Below, piece after piece: positions 36,862 to 51,507 of a DNA stretch of 64,000 nt. This DNA is from Trichoplax adhaerens (taxonomy: Eukaryota > Animalia > Placozoa). The DNA is taken from contig NW_002060946.1 in the NCBI RefSeq assembly GCF_000150275.1, positions 3,801,454 to 3,865,453 on the forward strand, read 5' to 3'. A model generated the notes under the pieces. It worked only from the letters and a program-made list of their open reading frames with translations. It did no database searches and was not told where the DNA came from. Numbering within the stretch: position 1 is the first letter of the stretch; every line of letters begins with the position of its first letter. A program made the position numbers and the translations under genes.

Positions 36862-39800
36862 TTTTAAAATGTGTAGCTCTGCTCTATTGCCTTACACTAT
36901 TTATTTATCAACTTATGAAAGGGTCGAGTAAAGCGACAAAAATGTATATTATAGTCGACATTTACACTTTAAAATTATATATATATGACATGTTAATCTT
37001 TTCTTTATCGGTACTAATATATAAATGATATAATATGTATTAAAATTATAGCAGCTATTCGTTCGTATTAGCATCATTTATTACCTAGGATCTGACTGTT
37101 GAATAATACAAAGATCCGTTTCTATATGTCATAAACTTAGCTATCGTTAAAATTACTGAAAGATCATATCGTTACTGTACAAATAGGCGTTACGTGTACA
37201 TTGAAAACCTCCTTATTATATCGATGATGTAATTTAAATATCTAGTCATTTGTTCTTCCAACTATAAGGATATCTACATGAACGATCGAATTAAACTCTT
37301 TAAACATTAAAAAATACTGATAAAATTAGATTGATTAGCTCTACAGCTAGATATCGATCTGATTCATGTTGTTTGGTATATAAGATTGTTTCCTCTCTTC
37401 CACTGTTTGTATAGTAGGGAGAAATAAATCAAAAATTATTACTATATTGATTCGCTTCTATTTTATAGATACTCGAGCAGATATTTTTATCTACTCCTTA
37501 CCTAAACCGATTTGACTTAAAGTAGGTAAAATCCTTTATTACTAAGTCACGGTTGTACCTATGTACGCGAATAGTAAGTTAGATCACAATAGGATAGCGA
37601 TACAGTCTGAAGATGCTTTGCGAATTGTACGTGATCAATTGGCTATAGCAGACTATACATAATGCTAATTCTGCTTCGATACTATATGATCTACGTTATT
37701 TTAGTCGTTTCTATTAATAATTATTAGTAAAGCTTTCCAGGTTGTACCATTTCCAACAGTCAATCATGTAACACTATAAAAGATAAAAAGTTACAAAAGA
37801 AGTTTGTTAATATGAAATTACCATAATCAACGAATTAAATTATGAATAAATTCCAAGAGAACTATACCGTATATCATATCAAGCTAAAGCTTTACAACTT
37901 ACTCGAATGAAACCGTAGCACTTTATTTCAAGTCAGCATGATGTAAAGATCATATAAGCTAGGAGAACGTACAGATGCAATGTGTATGTTCCATATCATT
38001 CACTGAATACAAAATAATATAGTTAACACAATAATTTATTCTATGTAGTCGATCCAGCATTGTAACTATTTAGGAATCTACATTAAGATAGTCTAGTTGT
38101 GAATTTTCTTTTTAATTTATAACATTGTGCAGGTTATATTCTAGTTCATTTGAACGGGTAACTACTCGTAATATAATAAATGACATTCCTACAATTGTTT
38201 TGTATCGTGTTATATTTCACATCCATAGTAAATTTTGCTGTATTAAACAGATAATGACAGTAGTGTTACTTTATTCACAATCATTACGTTAGTATAACAA
38301 TTATACAATTTTAATCTTAGGGCAAATTTACCATTATGAATGTTTGGATCAGAAACAACATATCAAACATCTATCTATCATCATTCTTCTTATCTGAATT
38401 ATTGATCAATAATTGCTTGCAGTACATTAAAAGCATATTGAAAGATAATTCTAATTCACTTTGTTATAGATTAGATTAAATGAGAATACCATTTGCATCG
38501 AAAGGAATGAATAATAATCATGTCTTTATGGATATATCTGATTCACAACTATGTATGAAAACTATACAGGAACGGAAAGTTTTTCAATTTGTAAGAATTC
38601 TCAATGTATTCACGAGTGACATTGACCTTCAGTTAGATAATGTACCATTGATTTATAGGATCATTTATCCATGGAATTGTTATAATTGAAACTTGTTATA
38701 ATAAAGATAACATAAGTTGCGAAATTGCATCTATAATTGCGTTTGCCTGGCAGTATAAAATTATTAAAAGAAATAAGTAATGAATGTCTAAATTAAGTAA
38801 AGGATGTTGCGATTAGTTTTAAATACTGAGACTATAAGTTGTAGCTCATGGGTTGCTAATTGAAAATTATATTTTGCTTATAATAATCTGTATTGTTTAT
38901 AATTGTAATGAGATGAAAGCTTATATGTAAGCTACTAATTCCTTAATCTGCAAAAGTAACTCACGAATATCGAGTTGATTTTAACTTGATAGGCAAATTA
39001 CTGTTATATCGTAAATATTTAAAATTGATTTTCAATTCCTTTTTTGTAATTATTATGGCAATAATGTGCATAATTTAATTTTGACTCACATCAAGCTAAT
39101 TCTCAATATTTATTTCAATCGCATTTTCTACTTATCTATATTGTTTGATTTTGACCTAGCAGCAAACTAGTAGTCAAGCTTTTTAAGTACAATCAATTAA
39201 CTTTAGTAATCTGTACACAGGATGTTATGAAAGCACCATTGTAATGTACAATGTTTATCATGATTGCTTTTTCTAACAGTCGGCAAAACGTATTGATTTT
39301 GATCTACTAGTAAGCCAATCTCTAATATTTATTTGCTCATCTTTCTGGGTATCGACATAGTTTTATCTAGAACCAATAACATAACCCAAGCTTAACATTG
39401 AAGCTTTATGTATTATAAATTTACATTTATAATTAATCTGCACAGATGATTTCACAATCTCTGCTCTCAGTAGTAGCATAATAAACATTATATATTACTA
39501 AAGTTACTGTATGTTCATTGTTTACGACCGCCCATGTCCTAAATAAATATCATAAGTTAATTTGAATACTTCTATCGGTCTCATTGATGTATTTTATACT
39601 TTACTAACAAAGACATTCAAGTAGATCTTTGTGAAGTATTTTAATAAAATGCTTCCTTTGCCTTTTATAATTATATCGTTCGTATAAACTTGCAATTTTA
39701 ATTGATACCCGTATAAGTGTCTATTAGCCTAGTTAGAAGGTGCCTTGCAATTTTCTCATTTACTACATCAGTAAAGATGAATTGAAAGTTATATGTTTTA

Positions 39801-40653
39801 AATTTATAATCACGATTACCGTTATGCTTTAAGAAATGATGACACTTGTGTGAGTTAGAGCGCGTTAATAGACATGATCAGCATGTTATCTACTAAATTA
39901 GACAGTCTATAATCATTTATCTATTCAAGCGCTCATATAAATACGTGATATGAATATGCATAAGATGGCACTAACTCAGGCATGTGATCTGTCCACTGCC
40001 ATAATATAGGTGGAGGAAAACGCTTGAAGAGATTTTTGCTTTAAGAATACTACTCGGTAATGAGAGAAACAAAACTATTCAAATTCATTAATTAATTTTC
40101 AATAGCTTATTGGGATTTGAAGGCGATCAAGATAGGATAGGGATAGAAACGCTTGAAAAACTATTTTTTGACTGTCACTAGACCTAGTAATACATGTATA
40201 GCAAAGTTCTATATGTATTTTTATCATGGAAATAAATGAAGGGAAGCAAAAAATTACTTCTTGAAATACCAAGCCGAAGAAACAGCAAAATATATTTTAG
40301 CTCGCCAATAAGTATATATAGGCAAATCAATGGTAAGACAAATGAAAAAAGAAGGAGGAGGGAAAAAATACCACAAGAAAGGACTTGCAATATATCCAAT
40401 GTCCTGAGGAAGATGGACAAGACCTGTCCATCGCATAACTAAATGGGAATTTTAGTTCTTCAACACCGTTCTGTATTCCGGCTAAAGTATCATTTTTGCA
40501 GGTTGGTTCTATATATGGTTATACAAGTTTAAAATTACTTCGATAATGGGATACTGGTTAACTGACGCGTATTTAGCTGATGCTAATATTAATAAATAAA
40601 TATAATTTATATAATTTACTATGGTTTATTTTATTATATTTATTAACTATAAT

Positions 40654-40790
40654 TACTGTACTGTACTGTACAGTACAGTACAGTACACTTACAGTCTTTT
40701 CTCAAGCACCAACATTAATACTGTACTGTACAGTACTGTACTGTACAGTACAGTGTACAGTACAGTAATTCAAGTACTGTGTACTGTAGT
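40654..40790. repeat. Palindromic (TACTG)n/(CAGTA)n array upstream of GAS8
   Basis: 40654-40685 is a perfect 32-bp palindrome, TACTGTACTGTACTGTACAGTACAGTACAGTA. A second run lies at ~40719-40790. Confidence 0.85.
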
Positions 40791-41171
40791 AAGAGCATGC
40801 GTAGACTGCTCGATATAGTCAGTATATTGTATCTGTAGGCAATGTACTCGCTAAGCGCACTTATGCAAAGGCCAATGTGGCCGTTCAGTGGCCGAAAATG
40901 TGAAATTTATTATTTTTCTGGTCATTCTACTACGCTCTATTACTGAAATTGTCTATCATAGCGTACAAAACCAACCGTCAGTTCATTTTATTTTATGACC
41001 ATCGTGGATAGTATTGTGTTCTGCTACAGACGTACGGTACAGCTCAAATGACTTGCAACAGAGGAACAGAGTTGGCCTCTACTAACTCACTCCTGTTAAT
41101 GCGTACTGTATTGGACCTAAAACCGACGCTGTAAGCCTAGTTGAATGAGTTGGAACCACGTGACCTTATTG

Positions 41172-41185
41172 GTTGTCATAGATAC
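41172..41185 (+). promoter_or_regulatory. RFX X-box upstream of GAS8
   Basis: GTTGTCATAGATAC fits the X-box consensus RYYNYY-AT-RRNRAC and lies ~210 bp before the ATG of a motile-cilia gene. Confidence 0.65.
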
Positions 41186-41396
41186 ACAAACACATCATAC
41201 CTATAGCAAATTGGGTCTACTGATGTGTTGAACTATCTTGGCCTACAAGACGATAACAAAGTAGTCAAATTACTGTGTTACAACAGTAAACTAGTTAAAA
41301 TTAAAAAGAGGCAAGATAATCTTGCAGTAAAGGCGTAGATTGGACGACCATCACTCTGTATATTGCTGTAAAGAATAACATTAATAAACAAGCAAA

Positions 41397-44300
41397 ATGG
41401 TAGGCAAAATCAGCAAATAAATTGATACTAAAAACTTGACGTCAAAGAGGAATGCTAGCTACTTGAGAACTATAATTTTAAAATTGCTAATTGCTTCCAA
41501 TACTTCCTTGTAATATGACTGAAACAAATTTTGAAAAGTGCAATTAGTTCTTTCCTCCATAGTAATTTATTCTCGTCAGTTTTAGACTACTGCGTTAGTA
41601 ACATGTTTTTTAACGATGTATAAATATATACATATGTACAGTATATATAATACTCATTCTTCCCAGAAAGAATATTCTTCTAAAATACTTTATTACACTT
41701 GTCTCTCTACAGTTTATTATAGATAATAGTTGTAAGATTAAGTCAAATACGATAAATACGTTCAAAAGGTTAAACCCATCAAGGAGCAATTAGAAGAATT
41801 AAATTACAGGATATCACTATGTTGAACATATCAGATCGTATAGTATTTACTTTTAGATACGACTAATCGGCTATATTGTCGTAATCTCGATATCATTACT
41901 TTTTAGCCGCCAAAGAGGAGAGCGGGGAAAGGAAAGAAAGCTAAACAAAATAAGGGACCCGCAGTTGTGGATGGCCTTAGTCCTGATAACATGAGCAAAG
42001 AGCAGGTAATGTAATCAATTTCATTCCCAGTTATAATACATTGTCATAACACTAGCTTAGATAATTTTAAATATACTTTGGTGGCCTTCATCGTGAAACC
42101 AATGTAGAGACTAATAGGTGTTTCTGATGCCTTCTATTTCTATTTTTTCTAGCTTCTCGAACACATCAGCCGATTGCGAGAAGAATTAGATCGAGAAAGA
42201 CAAGAGCGTAACTTCTTCCAACTGGAACGCGATAAAATTAATACATTCTGGGAAATAACTAAAAGGCAATTAGATGAGAAAAAAGCAGAATTAAGAAATA
42301 AAGATCGGGAGATGGAAGAAGAAGAAGAAAGGCATCAAGTCGAGATTAAGGTACGTTTTTTGCTTGAATGCAATGTTTGAATAAAAATGGAGAAAGGATA
42401 CTTTGGTATAGTGTATTAATGTAACTATGCTATAATTAGGTTTATAAACAAAAGGTAAAGCATTTGCTTTACGAACATCAGAACAATATTACGGAACTAA
42501 AAGCAGAAAGTAGGTTGAAGTACTTCTGTATAAAAATTTGTCGCAGTTAAATATATAAAAAATTTTTGATCTTATAACGTTGAAAAACTTATCTGAGTAT
42601 GAAATCTCCTCTGAATACAGATTCAGTTTCACTTAAGCTCGCACAAGATGATAAACGTGGTCGAGAAATGGAATTGGAAAAAGATAAGCGTGGCTTGAAG
42701 GTCAGCATTTTAGTACATACTGTAATAAGGATATTTACGTACCTTAGTCATAAATCGATGGCTATCAAACCGAAAAAAATATATAAGCAAAATATATGTG
42801 TTTCTCGTAATTGAAAAATATTAATTTGTTGTTTGACTTGCTTATTATCAAAGGTTCAAATAAAAGAAATGGAATTATCAAATGAAGATATTATGAAGGA
42901 TCTTAAGAAGGTCAGAACTAACTGTTGATTATATAATTAAAATAAAAAAATTTAACGCAACTCGCTAGAAGACAACTATGTCGGTTGCATTCAATAAATA
43001 TACTCTCTCACTCATGTACTCGTAAACAAAATATAGAAACACGACGAAGTGGTTACCCAAATGAGACAGGAGTTTGAGAGAAAATCAAGAGGTAAAGGGA
43101 ATATAATTTTTCATTTCGTCGACAAATTGTACTTTATATCGTAAAAATTCACTTATTAAGCTATAGCTAGCTGATAGCGTTATATTCATTGTTTAGAGTT
43201 GGAAATAAAGTACGAAAAGAAAATGAGAGACTTAAGAGATGAGCTTGATTTGCGAAGAAAAACTGAAATTCACGAAATTGAAGAGGTTAATTATCAATTA
43301 CGTGTATACTGATAATATCCAATACTGTTTTAAATTATCGTTTAACACAATTTATTAATGAATAACATTACTAGTTACAATTTTACTATATACCTGCTTG
43401 TCAGTGATATGCAAAGCTTTCGAAATCTGTAATTTAATTCTAATGTATAACATGTTTATACCTCTCTGCAGCGTAAAAACAATCAAATTAATACTTTAAT
43501 GAAAAATCATGAGAAAGCATTCAGCGATATTAAGAATTATTATAACGATATTACGCTGAATAACTTGGCACTAATCAATTCTCTCAAGGTATCTAAACAT
43601 GTTTTAGCTATTATATTCTCTCAATAATTACGATGAACGACGATTAATAGGATGTCAACAATAGCATTTTCTTTACTATTCATAAAGGAACAAGTTGAAG
43701 AGATGAAAAAGAAAGAAGAAAGAACTGAAAAGCTAATGCAAGAGATTCAGTTAGAAAATAAACGTTTAACTGAACCTCTTCAAAAAGCACGTGAAGAGGT
43801 TACCGAATTGCAACGCCAGGTAATTTTATATTGTATGGTAGAGTTTCATATGTTTTATTAATAATGCAATATTATACCACATTAATCACCTCGCTGTTGC
43901 TCGTAAATAGTGTGTGATATTTTAAAGTTGTGATCTCATGGTTACTTACTTTTGTTTGCCTACGCTTATTGATAGAAATTACGGTACGCCATAACATTTA
44001 ACACTCTTTTACAAGTAGTTAGATTGAATAGATTAAATTGCCAACTAGTATTAAGTGCAAGCAGTTTCGTCACGGCCAAGTGATTTAAAATGCACATATT
44101 GATTTATTTAAATTAAATGAAAAAGCAGCATGATAATTATAAGGGAGTTTCAGCAACACTTTATATGATAGAATTTCTTATCATCAGTCCTATTTTTTAA
44201 CTTTTCTACTTTAGTTGACCAACTATGAAAAAGATAAATCTTCACTTGCGGTAAGTCTTTAAATACAATATCCAGCCTGAAAATGCACGCATAAGACAAA

Positions 44301-45286
44301 TTCCTAGAGATCAATAATAAATAGATTGTTGGTAGATAAAATAGATTAAAATATATCAATTAAATATAATATCTTCATTTACACCATTTAAATTAGAATG
44401 CTAAAGCAAGATTAAAAGTACAGGGTGAAGGATTAAAAAATCTTGAATGGGAACATGAAGTGCTTCAACAGCGTTTCGAACAATTGCAATTGGAGAGGGA
44501 TGATTTATATACTAAATTCGTAAAAGCAATACATGAAGTACAACAGAAGAGTAGCTTTAAGAACTTGCTACTTGAAAAGAAGCTTAATGCTCTTGCTGAT
44601 GTTCTTGAAAAGAAGGTAAATTATGGAAATGACAATAACTATAATTAGAAGTTATACTTAACTTAGCAATATATACTTTTTTCACTTAAATATTTTAGGA
44701 GGCTCAACTAAATGAAGTTTTAGCGGCATCTAACCTCGACCCAACTGCTCTATCAGTTGTCACAAGAAAACTAGAGGTTATTACGAATTTAAAGTTAAAA
44801 ACCATCAGCATGTATCTAGTTTGAAGCTTAAAAATAAATTAATTCAAATCTTTCATCATTTAGGATGTCTTGGATTCTAAGAATACAGCAATTAAGGACT
44901 TACAGTATGAACTCGCCCGAGTCTGCAAGGTAATAATATCATTGTATATTATAGAAACAAGCGTACGTAGACTTATTGTTAAATAAAAAATGTCTACAGT
45001 AAGAGAAATGTGATGCATCTGAATGTATAGGAAGCCAGTATAAAAATTTTAATAAAGATTTACTGTAGCAAACAGGCTCATATGTGATAAATAAATACTA
45101 AAATATTAAATTATTATTTATGAATGTATATTTTAGGCTCATAATGATTTATTAAGAACTTACGAAGCTAAATTAAAGTCATTCGGAGTTCCAACTGAAG
45201 AGCTAGGATTTAAACCTTTGGAAACAACAGTCAGCGGACAAGTTTTGGGTAAAGGACCGGCAGGCTTAGTTTCAGCCTTACCATAA
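41397..45286 (+). CDS. GAS8: Dynein regulatory complex subunit 4 (GAS8/trypanin), about 15 coding exons, first coding exon is ATG only
   Basis: M|[11 protein letters not shown]..., [36 protein letters not shown]|[60 protein letters not shown]|[23 protein letters not shown]. Confidence 0.96.
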
Positions 45287-46379
45287 ACATATTGCTAACA
45301 TTGTCTCTTTCAGAACATGGATAATCTATATCATTATACAGATTTATTAATGTAAAGTGTCAGTCGATTGCATTTATCACAATTAAACTCGGATCTTTCA
45401 ATATTCTAAAGATTTTATGGCATAACAATAATCATGATGGCCAGATTAATATTAACTGGACCATTCTCTTACTGTTTCATCACGTTATAAATCTATGAAT
45501 AATAGCGCATCATGTAAGATAGTAGATTTAGATGATCACATGTCTTTTAGTTAATCATTCCATTATTAATTTGACCTTGAGAAAAAATGTTAATTTCCCC
45601 GTCAAAATAACTTCTCATTGTATTCGTATATACTTCTTAAAAAGTTTTACTGTAATCATAATTGTGAACGTTGTCTACTTTTTTAGAAAAAATATGTTAT
45701 TTATAAGATATCACTAATTTCTATGGGCTTATAATAAAGAAAATTTGCCATGCGTAATTATTGAACTGAGATTAAAGGTTTAAATAGCAAACTATTTAGA
45801 TCTATAGCCGCTTTTTATCTTATTCTGATGGCTTAACTTACATATGAGCAATTGAGCATATTACTGGTCTAATAGCTACTATACAATTGCTAAAGAATCA
45901 AAAATGCCCTGCTAATGTGACCTTCAGAAGGGGAGAAGTCTTCCTTATTTCCTTCTTAAAGCTTAATATAGTAATAATGTCATGATAATCTGTATGCAAC
46001 TTGCACTTATCTTAGCAATAATCATTGATAATCCTATAATGAATAATGTAACCTACTGTATAGTTGCAAGCATAATATTTTTCATTATTTTCGATACCCT
46101 GATATATCTATTCTTTAAGATATTAACGTTTAATAGTAATGACCTTGTCTATATAACATATCTTTAGCAGGATTTCGATTTTATATATCTCTATCTTATA
46201 TTCGTATTTAGCAAGTTATTGTTAAAATCGTATGTTAAAGGTAGTTATTAAAGTACGATAGAACCTATAACCCATAAACTTGTTATAATATAGCAAGATA
46301 GACTATAATCTAGTTAGCAGATAAGTGAAAGAGATATGTTATTGATAATTGCATTGGATGATCTCGTTGTTTTATATTG

Positions 46380-46393
46380 GTTGTCATAGAAAC
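46380..46393 (+). promoter_or_regulatory. RFX X-box upstream of LRRC69
   Basis: GTTGTCATAGAAAC, 13/14 identical to the GAS8 X-box, ~700 bp before the LRRC69 ATG. Confidence 0.6.
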
Positions 46394-47092
46394 AGGGCTG
46401 GAACATTTAGCTAGCTTGTTTGATAAGAGAAAACTATCAGTCTATCACAGAGTTTAGTATCGATTACATTATACATTGAGTCATAGGCATCTATAGATGG
46501 ATCTATAGCCATGAGATATTACTTATATGCTGGTATATGTGTCATTTTACCAATTATCAACAGATAAAATATTTCAAACTCGCGGAAGACAGAAATAAAC
46601 AGCACAAGTTTCACCATCACTGAATGATAGTCTAGTTACTTGAAGAGACTAGCGGTTGCAGTAAATGAACGGGAAGGACTAGTCATCCGCTGGATATTGG
46701 ATATTCGAACACTTTTATATCAGATTTACAGGATCTGCTTAATATTTGAAAGCAAACTTGGACGAAAACGTTAATAATTTCAGAGCTTTAATACAACAAG
46801 GTCTCGGTTCCATTTTAACTTTGGTAAAGGATCTGTTAATTATTAGCTAGCTGTATACTGTAGTTATGATTGGAATTTAAGATTAAATGGTGTATATCGA
46901 AGATCTGTAATATCAGATAATTGCCAAATATATCGTAAATCGGTTGCAGTATGAAATCCTATTATCAGCTGTAACTATCTACTCTCTTAAACGCAACATA
47001 CCAAAGATCCTAGGAAAATTTTGAGCGTTAGAGGGCTTTCTCTGTATATTATAGTATCGTCTTTAAAATTTTCGAAAATTTAGCTTATAATC

Positions 47093-49781
47093 ATGGCAGA
47101 CACGCTACTATTAAAGGCTCTACGAGGCAATGCTAGAAAAGTAAACTTAAATAATAAAGATTTAAAGACTATACCTCGGCTTGTTGGAAAGTTATCAGAA
47201 TTAGATACCTTGGAAGCTAGAAATAATAAGATAACTTATTTACCGACAGAAATGGCATTACTCGCTAAGGTTAGTTATTAAGCTATAACTTAGGTAATTA
47301 TCTACTAATTATAGATATTTGCGGTTATAAGAACTAACTGTACTACCTTATCATGTTGATACTGCGATAATTTAATAAGTAATGTTGTAACACAAAATGA
47401 TCATAATCATTAAATGATGAAGAATTCAAATATTGTGAAACGGAAATGATCCATTCTCTAAACTTATGAAGATCTTACTTTACAAAATAAATTCAATAGA
47501 GTTATCAAGTTTCGGGATTATAGACGGAACTTTTTCATTAATAGTATCTAGCATGAAGAAAATTTCGACGGAAATTTAAAGCTATTATATATAATTATTT
47601 ATGTTAATACTAAAGTTCATACCCTTACCTTTTCAATGCATTAAATGGATAGAATAATTAATTAGAAGTTGATTTCACAGTAACAGTAAGTTTTGTATCT
47701 TTCAGCTTGCCAGCTTCAACTTGGGATTCAATGAATTATGCGAATTACCAAAGAATTTAATGTACTTATCAAATCTACGAAAACTACATCTTTTTAATAA
47801 CAATATTACTGAGCTTAGTGGCGAAGTTATTGGTAAATATCTTTCGCTTTAGCTTTTGAGGTAGAGAGTTTTGTACGCTTTCTGTTAAAATTAATTTCCA
47901 GTAACGGTATTTTGAATTTAGGGAATTTGAAGCAGTTAACGTTATTAAATCTAAACAGAAATAAAATACAACAATTACCAAAAGAAATTGGCAGGTGAGT
48001 TAATCCCTATCATAAATTGATGTATAGCTATCGATAATAATTTGTCGGGATCATATCTGTAATATTGAAAAATTGCATTACTTATCGTAAATGTAGTGCT
48101 GAACAATACTGATAATATTACAATACGAGCTCAGATCATATGCAATAGCTTAATCAGCGTCTCTCATTATATAAAACACACGATATACTTATTTGCAGTA
48201 ATTTAAGAACATAGTGTAATTAAAACAAATAAATCCGATCTCTTTATACATCTTTTTATTAATTTTAGGCTTGTAAATCTGGAGTTTTTAAGCCTTGACG
48301 ATAATCAGTTAGTAGAGCTACCTGATGAATTTTGTAAACTAACAAATTTAAAGGAGTTAAGCATTTGCAGAAATCAACTAATATAGTAAGGAATATTTAC
48401 ATATAGGTGAAACTTCTTAAATGGCAATGTTGCATGGATCATAGATGAAAAGGCTAATGTATGATTGTTTTTCTAATTTATTTAGTCTACCAGACCAACT
48501 TGGTAGAATAAGAAAAATGAAAAAATTATTCTTGATTCGAAATCAGTTAGATGTAATACCTGACGTATGTAAAAGCAATATTTTTCCTTTTTGTTGAATC
48601 GATGTTGTAGCTATTAAACAAAAGTTAATTATATGATTGATTTATGCAGTATACTACATCTTCATAAACTCTTTATTGCTGATGTTATTACAATAACTTT
48701 TATTAATAATAATAAATCTTCTGTGGGATTATTGATATCTCATATAGTCTTTAGGTAAGATGTATCAGCTCTCTATTTTGGATGTATCTATTAACAATAT
48801 TAGGTTATTACCTAGCGAGGTAAGTCTTATTTTCTGGCTGCTGTCTTGCAAATATAGTTATCAGTGACATTTTTAACATCGTTGTGTAATTATAGCTACT
48901 TTTTGTTTGTAGCTGCTAAATTTACCATTAACTGAGCTCCACATTGAAGGAAATTCTCTAATTGACAAAGTTCCAGTTCATTGTGACTATGCTGATGAAG
49001 TGTTATCACTAAAGGTAAAGCTGGCTATATAATTTAAATTACAAAATGACATATACTTAATTCAGTAACATACTTTTCAAGGCTAAAATATGACCCATAA
49101 AATAATGATAATTAATCAGTGTATATGGTCGATGTAATGACCATAAATGAGAATATTCAAAATTTAATTCAAATGCTAGCTAATATTAGTTGCCTTCGTC
49201 ACTAGTGTATATATATAACGCTTTCATATATATTCCTTTTTCCTACTCAAAATGATATTGAATAGATTGTTAGAGTTTTAAATTTTATATCATATGAAAA
49301 TTCTTCTAATTGATCTCTCGAATAGGAGATTGCTGCTCGATATATACTTAAAGATCTAAAAAAAAGGTAGATAAGCTGTATAAAAATTCATCTCTCTGTT
49401 ACTATGATAGATGTAGTACGGTAATAAGATTTATGATATAAGTTTATCCATTTCTTAGGGACTCTATAATGCGATTTGAATTACGTTACAATGATGAAGC
49501 TCGAGAAATGCTTCTGGAGGCCAAAGAATGTCCGATCTGTACTAATTGTTTTCTAAATTCATGGTTAGAGTGTGCAGAATTTGTCGACGCGAAAAAGGTA
49601 TAAGCTCTTGTTGGAAAATTTTAATCTTGATTATTTATATTTTGGTAAAGTTTTCGCACTATTCATGCAGATTTTAGGGATTAAAAATCGTACAGGAGTT
49701 ATCCCGGTGCGTGTGCAGCTTTGTTCATATAAGTGCTTCAAAAGTGACGGGCATGGTTATTTAGGAGTTGCTACTCCATAG
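47093..49781 (+). CDS. LRRC69: Leucine-rich repeat protein LRRC69-like, 10 coding exons
   Basis: Starts MADTLLLKALRG, followed by ~8 LRRs (LxxLxLxxNxL), EVLSLK|EIAARYI, CPICTNCFLNSWLEC and IPVRVQLCSYKCF. The termini match my recollection of vertebrate LRRC69 (MTERLLIKAL..., WLECVRFV, ICSYKCF). Confidence 0.82.
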
Positions 49782-50551
49782 GATCGATTACCTTTCCTTT
49801 TATTGCACCATGAGTAGTTACTGCTGTATAGTTGAGGAATGGCGAATGTTGGATTCAATTATTTGAATATAGGAATCATACTGTATTTGAGTAATGTTTA
49901 AGCGCTATATTCATCAGTGCTAACCGTATTTAAAGTACAGTATATGGGTCGTATTTCTAGGTTATATCGCATTTGATTAATAATTTTGGACGACGATAAA
50001 AGTGGGCGTATATACTTGTAGATATGCCATTTAATAATAAATTAATAATTCACTCTTTCTCATATCATAAAGTAAAATTATTGTAAAAATAACACCTGTA
50101 AAGGTATTTGTTTGGTATGAATATGTCACTTAATCTTCTCATGCAAGAAATGATATACTGTGCGTATGTGTGATAATTGGGCTAACTTGATAGCTCACTA
50201 ATAGAGGTCGTGTAATATTAGGGATAATTAAAAAAAGGAGTAGTGGAAATACAATATTTTGTATATACTGTTCACATCGGTAAAACAATAATCTGGCGCA
50301 AAAGGGAAGAATGTTCATTTATTTTAAAACGTACGCAGGAGATGAAATATTTGAGGATAAAAGAAGTTTCAAATGGAAGATACATGCGAGGCTGTTTTTG
50401 TGTCATTTGATTAATTTCACTAGAAATTATGGAGAAATTCATTTTTATTATGTTTTAATAATTTTTATAAACAGTAAGAATCGATGAATGTATAATACAC
50501 AATGTGTAATTGAATAAAAAAACGAATCTTCCAAAGTATTTAAGTTAATAT

Positions 50552-51470
50552 TTAATGGAAATGGACGCCAGAATATGTCATAATCCAAGCGACCTAATTT
50601 TGGTAGAACAAGATAGATAGGTTTAACTTTAATTTTTGAACTATGATGATGAATATCCTAGAGATTGCTGTTTATTTTACTTATCGATTTTGGAAGATAT
50701 CATTTTCATCCACTTACAAGAAAAATTGAGAATGATGACATAAAACCTTCCTTAGTTAATTCCCATGTGTCACCAACTTCTTCTTCATCAGCAGGTTGAT
50801 AATAGGTGAAATAGAGATATAGTAAGCCAGCATTGGCTATGCCAAATCTAGAAGGCAAGATGAGAATTAGTCTAATTCGTAGTTGATAACATGATGTACT
50901 ATCGTTGAAGATGGTATGCACGACGTTTCTAAGAACAGCAAGTACTTTCAGGAGATTTTTATTGATTTACTGGACTCAAAATACAATCGATACCTACATA
51001 TATATATTACACGTAAGCTACTTTAGGCTATGGGTATGTGTTGTTTTATGTGTTTTAATGCAGAGGTGCAAAAGATCACTCTTGTTATCCTGTATGACAA
51101 CTCTATGTCCATTTATCATTATTGTTAAGATGACAATACTGCCAGATGGAATGGTATACTGTATTGTACTTACATTCCTATGCCTAGTATCCCATAAAGT
51201 GGAATGATTCCCCAAACGACACCAAACACTAAACCAACAATTTGCCTTAACCAGTAAATAATATCCAGGTATTCATCCTATTATATTGAGAGCAAGATAA
51301 ATAAATGAGAAACAGAAGACATTCACATGTAGTCCACATTTCTTGTGGCCTTTATCATTGGTTGCACAGGATTTTGGTGATTATTTTAGATATTCATAAA
51401 GATATTGAGATAGGAGTGTACGGCATGGTTTCATTCTTCCATTTTAATTACAGTCATTACCTAATAGTAG

Positions 51471-51507
<37 letters not shown>

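Noticed and set aside
40184-40818. Several overlapping 60-80 aa ORFs
   Set aside because: They are low-complexity translations of A-rich and TACTG-repeat DNA with no recognisable domain.
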